Positions 61,796 to 64,000 of a DNA stretch of 64,000 nucleotides are shown here, in pieces (the first letter of the stretch is position 1; each line of letters starts with the position of its first letter). The notes beneath the pieces are model-generated. The model did not search any database. It saw nothing but the letters and a program-made list of their open reading frames with translations, and was not told the DNA's origin. The stretch is from Malacoraja senta. Taxonomy: Eukaryota. The position numbers and the translations under genes were made by a program. The stretch covers positions 2,420,001-2,484,000 of the forward strand of contig CM075992.1 in the NCBI GenBank assembly GCA_038087875.1, in the 5' to 3' direction.

Positions 61796-63229
61796 TAGTG
61801 TGCTGGTCGGCGCGGACTCGGTGGACCGAAGGGCCAGTTTCTAAACTAAGGGAATATCTAAACTAAGCTAAAAGTAAACCTGCTGGAGTTTATTCTCCCT
61901 TTGCAGGCTTCTCATGACTGAGGTTCCAAGTCCTTTGAACAGAGCCATTGAGAATGGCATTTGCAGAGAATGTACAAGAGTAAAAGTGTTGAGAAAGAAT
62001 CAAAGAATGGCTCAATTGTAATCATGTATTGTCTTTCTGCTGACTGGATAACATGCAACAAAAGCTTTTCACTGTACCTCCATATATGTGACAATAATAA
62101 TAATAAACTAAACTAAGTTGGACTTTGACCATGGAGGCAAGAAACAGACCAGGACTCAAGGCAGGAGCATTAAAATTAACAGGCACATTCGAGTGGTTGC
62201 TAACACAGATGTAAAGGAAACTGATAACTTTCAGCTATTCAAATAAGTACTTCCTGAAAAATGTAACTCCAGCTTAATTCCAAAACAAACTAAGATATCA
62301 ACATATCTGTCATTTGGCTCAATTACTTGAATAAACATAGAATCCAGCGGCGGAGCACAATCAGGCCGTTTTGCATTACGCCAGGGAATTTCTCCCTCTG
62401 ATCATAAACTGATCTGATGTCGTGTAGGACCTGGTTCCTAATTGATCTGATCCTGAAGATTAAGATGGTGAAAACTAAAATTTGTTAATTTATATTTTTA
62501 CTTAATTTAATATGTTTAGATATTTATTCGTGTTTAAATGCAATTTAGCTTTTTAGCAATTTTAGCTCAGTTTAAATTTCTAAGTTTCTAGAGACAATTT
62601 GAATAATTTTGGAAAATGCATGTATATTGTAGACTTTTCACTCTTACAAAAATCTCACAGATTATGCCAGGATTCGAGCCTAGACATGCCTTCTGTCAAA
62701 GTTAACCAAATATTCAGGAGGGTGGGGCCTAATGGGAAGCTGCCTGAGGCCCAGTTATGACTGAGGCCTCACTAATACTTCACCACCCAACTTTAGGGTC
62801 AGAAGGTCAAGAACGTAACGATAAACACAACTATAAAATGATATTTTGGGAATGGGAACAGGACACAGGTTGAGTCCTGGCAGAGCCAAGATAACAATAA
62901 AATCTTTTTTTAAGATATATTGCAATTCTGCTTGTTTGAATTAACAGTGCACAGACTAACAGTAAAAACACTGATCAATACTGAGCATGTACTTGAAAAA
63001 ACACTGCTGAATTTGCAAGTCTTCCCACTTGGAATTTTGTAATTGTGGTATATGTATCTTACCGAGAATATAGACTAACGCTAACTGTTTTTCCTTTTCT
63101 AAGCAGAGGATCAAGAAACTATAGAACATTAATGACACTCGGCCCAGCATATCCACGTTGATAAAAAATACATTTTCAAGTTGACTGTTGTTCTTTATTA
63201 TATTAATAATTTAGATGTGAATGCTGATG

Positions 63230-63920
63230 GCTTGGTTAGTAAAATTGATAAATAGTTAGTGAGTTTGCAAATGATAGTAAAGTAGCAACATAAGTAGACA
63301 GGGTGATAAGAAGGCATTTGACATGCTAGCCTGCATTGGTCATGACATTGGATACAGGAGTCGGGAGGTCATGTTACAGTTGTACAAGATGATGATAAAG
63401 CCACATTTGGACTACGATGTACAATTCTGGTCTCCCTGCTATAGGAAGGATGGCATTAAACTGGAAAGGGGCCTAAAGAGATTTCTGAGGATGTTACTGA
63501 GTCTGGAAGGTTTAAGTTGTAAGGAGAGGCTGTGTAGGTTGAGTTTTTTCTCACTAAGGTGCAGGAAGCTGAGGAATGCACTTATAGAGTGATATAAAAT
63601 CATGAGGGGCATAGATAAGGTGAATAAACACAATCAATTTTCCGAGGGTAGGGAAGTCTAAAATGAGAGGGCATAGGTTTAAGGGAACAGGGGAAAGATT
63701 GAAAAGGTACCTGAGGGGCAACTTTTTCCACACACAAGGTGGTACGTATATGGAGTTACCAGTCAGAGGAAGTGGTAGAAGTGGGTAAAATTATGACATT
63801 TAAAATACACTTGAACCGATACATGGATAGGAAAGGTTTGAGGTATATAGGCCAAGTTCACTTGGACAGTATGGACATAATGGGCCGAAGAACCTGTTTT
63901 CCCCCAGGCTGTATGACTGT
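63230..63920 (+). mobile_element. Old CR1 LINE 3' fragment
   Basis: YRSREVMLQLYK..IKPHLDYDVQFWSPCYRKD and a CR1 3' UTR. Confidence 0.85.
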
Positions 63921-64000
63921 GACGGTTATGATAACGATTACATCAAACGGAAATTCTGGAACTGAACTAACAAACAAACAGTCAATGAATGGATTTATTC

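Overview
Repeat-rich vertebrate DNA, most likely from a cartilaginous fish (skate/ray/shark), inferred from the tRNA-derived V-SINE-type elements with CR1-like tails. One complete host gene can be built by hand on the + strand. It has six exons (16851-28309), all introns are phase 1 GT-AG, and it encodes 508 aa: signal peptide, four Ig domains, a TM helix and a cytoplasmic tail, of the ICAM/VCAM/MAdCAM family. The upstream region and leader exon of this gene (1-17051) are duplicated at about 36465-46771. The second copy keeps an intact leader exon, but homology stops at a DNA-transposon end. It is followed by a ~12 kb head-to-tail Helitron-like array containing an intact, phase-compatible Ser/Thr-rich mucin-like exon and a THAP-domain first exon. 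Two kinds of self-cleaving RNA motif can be read in the mobile elements. One is a 55-nt HDV-like fold at the exact 5' end of a 143-bp short retroelement, whose probable partner LINE 3' end is also in the window. The other is a set of minimal hammerhead motifs in Penelope-derived repeats. The rest is LINE (CR1, L1/Tx1, Rex1-like), Penelope, Gypsy, SINE and DNA-transposon debris, simple repeats and one 200-N gap. All calls come from manual reading only; no database searches or folding programs were run.
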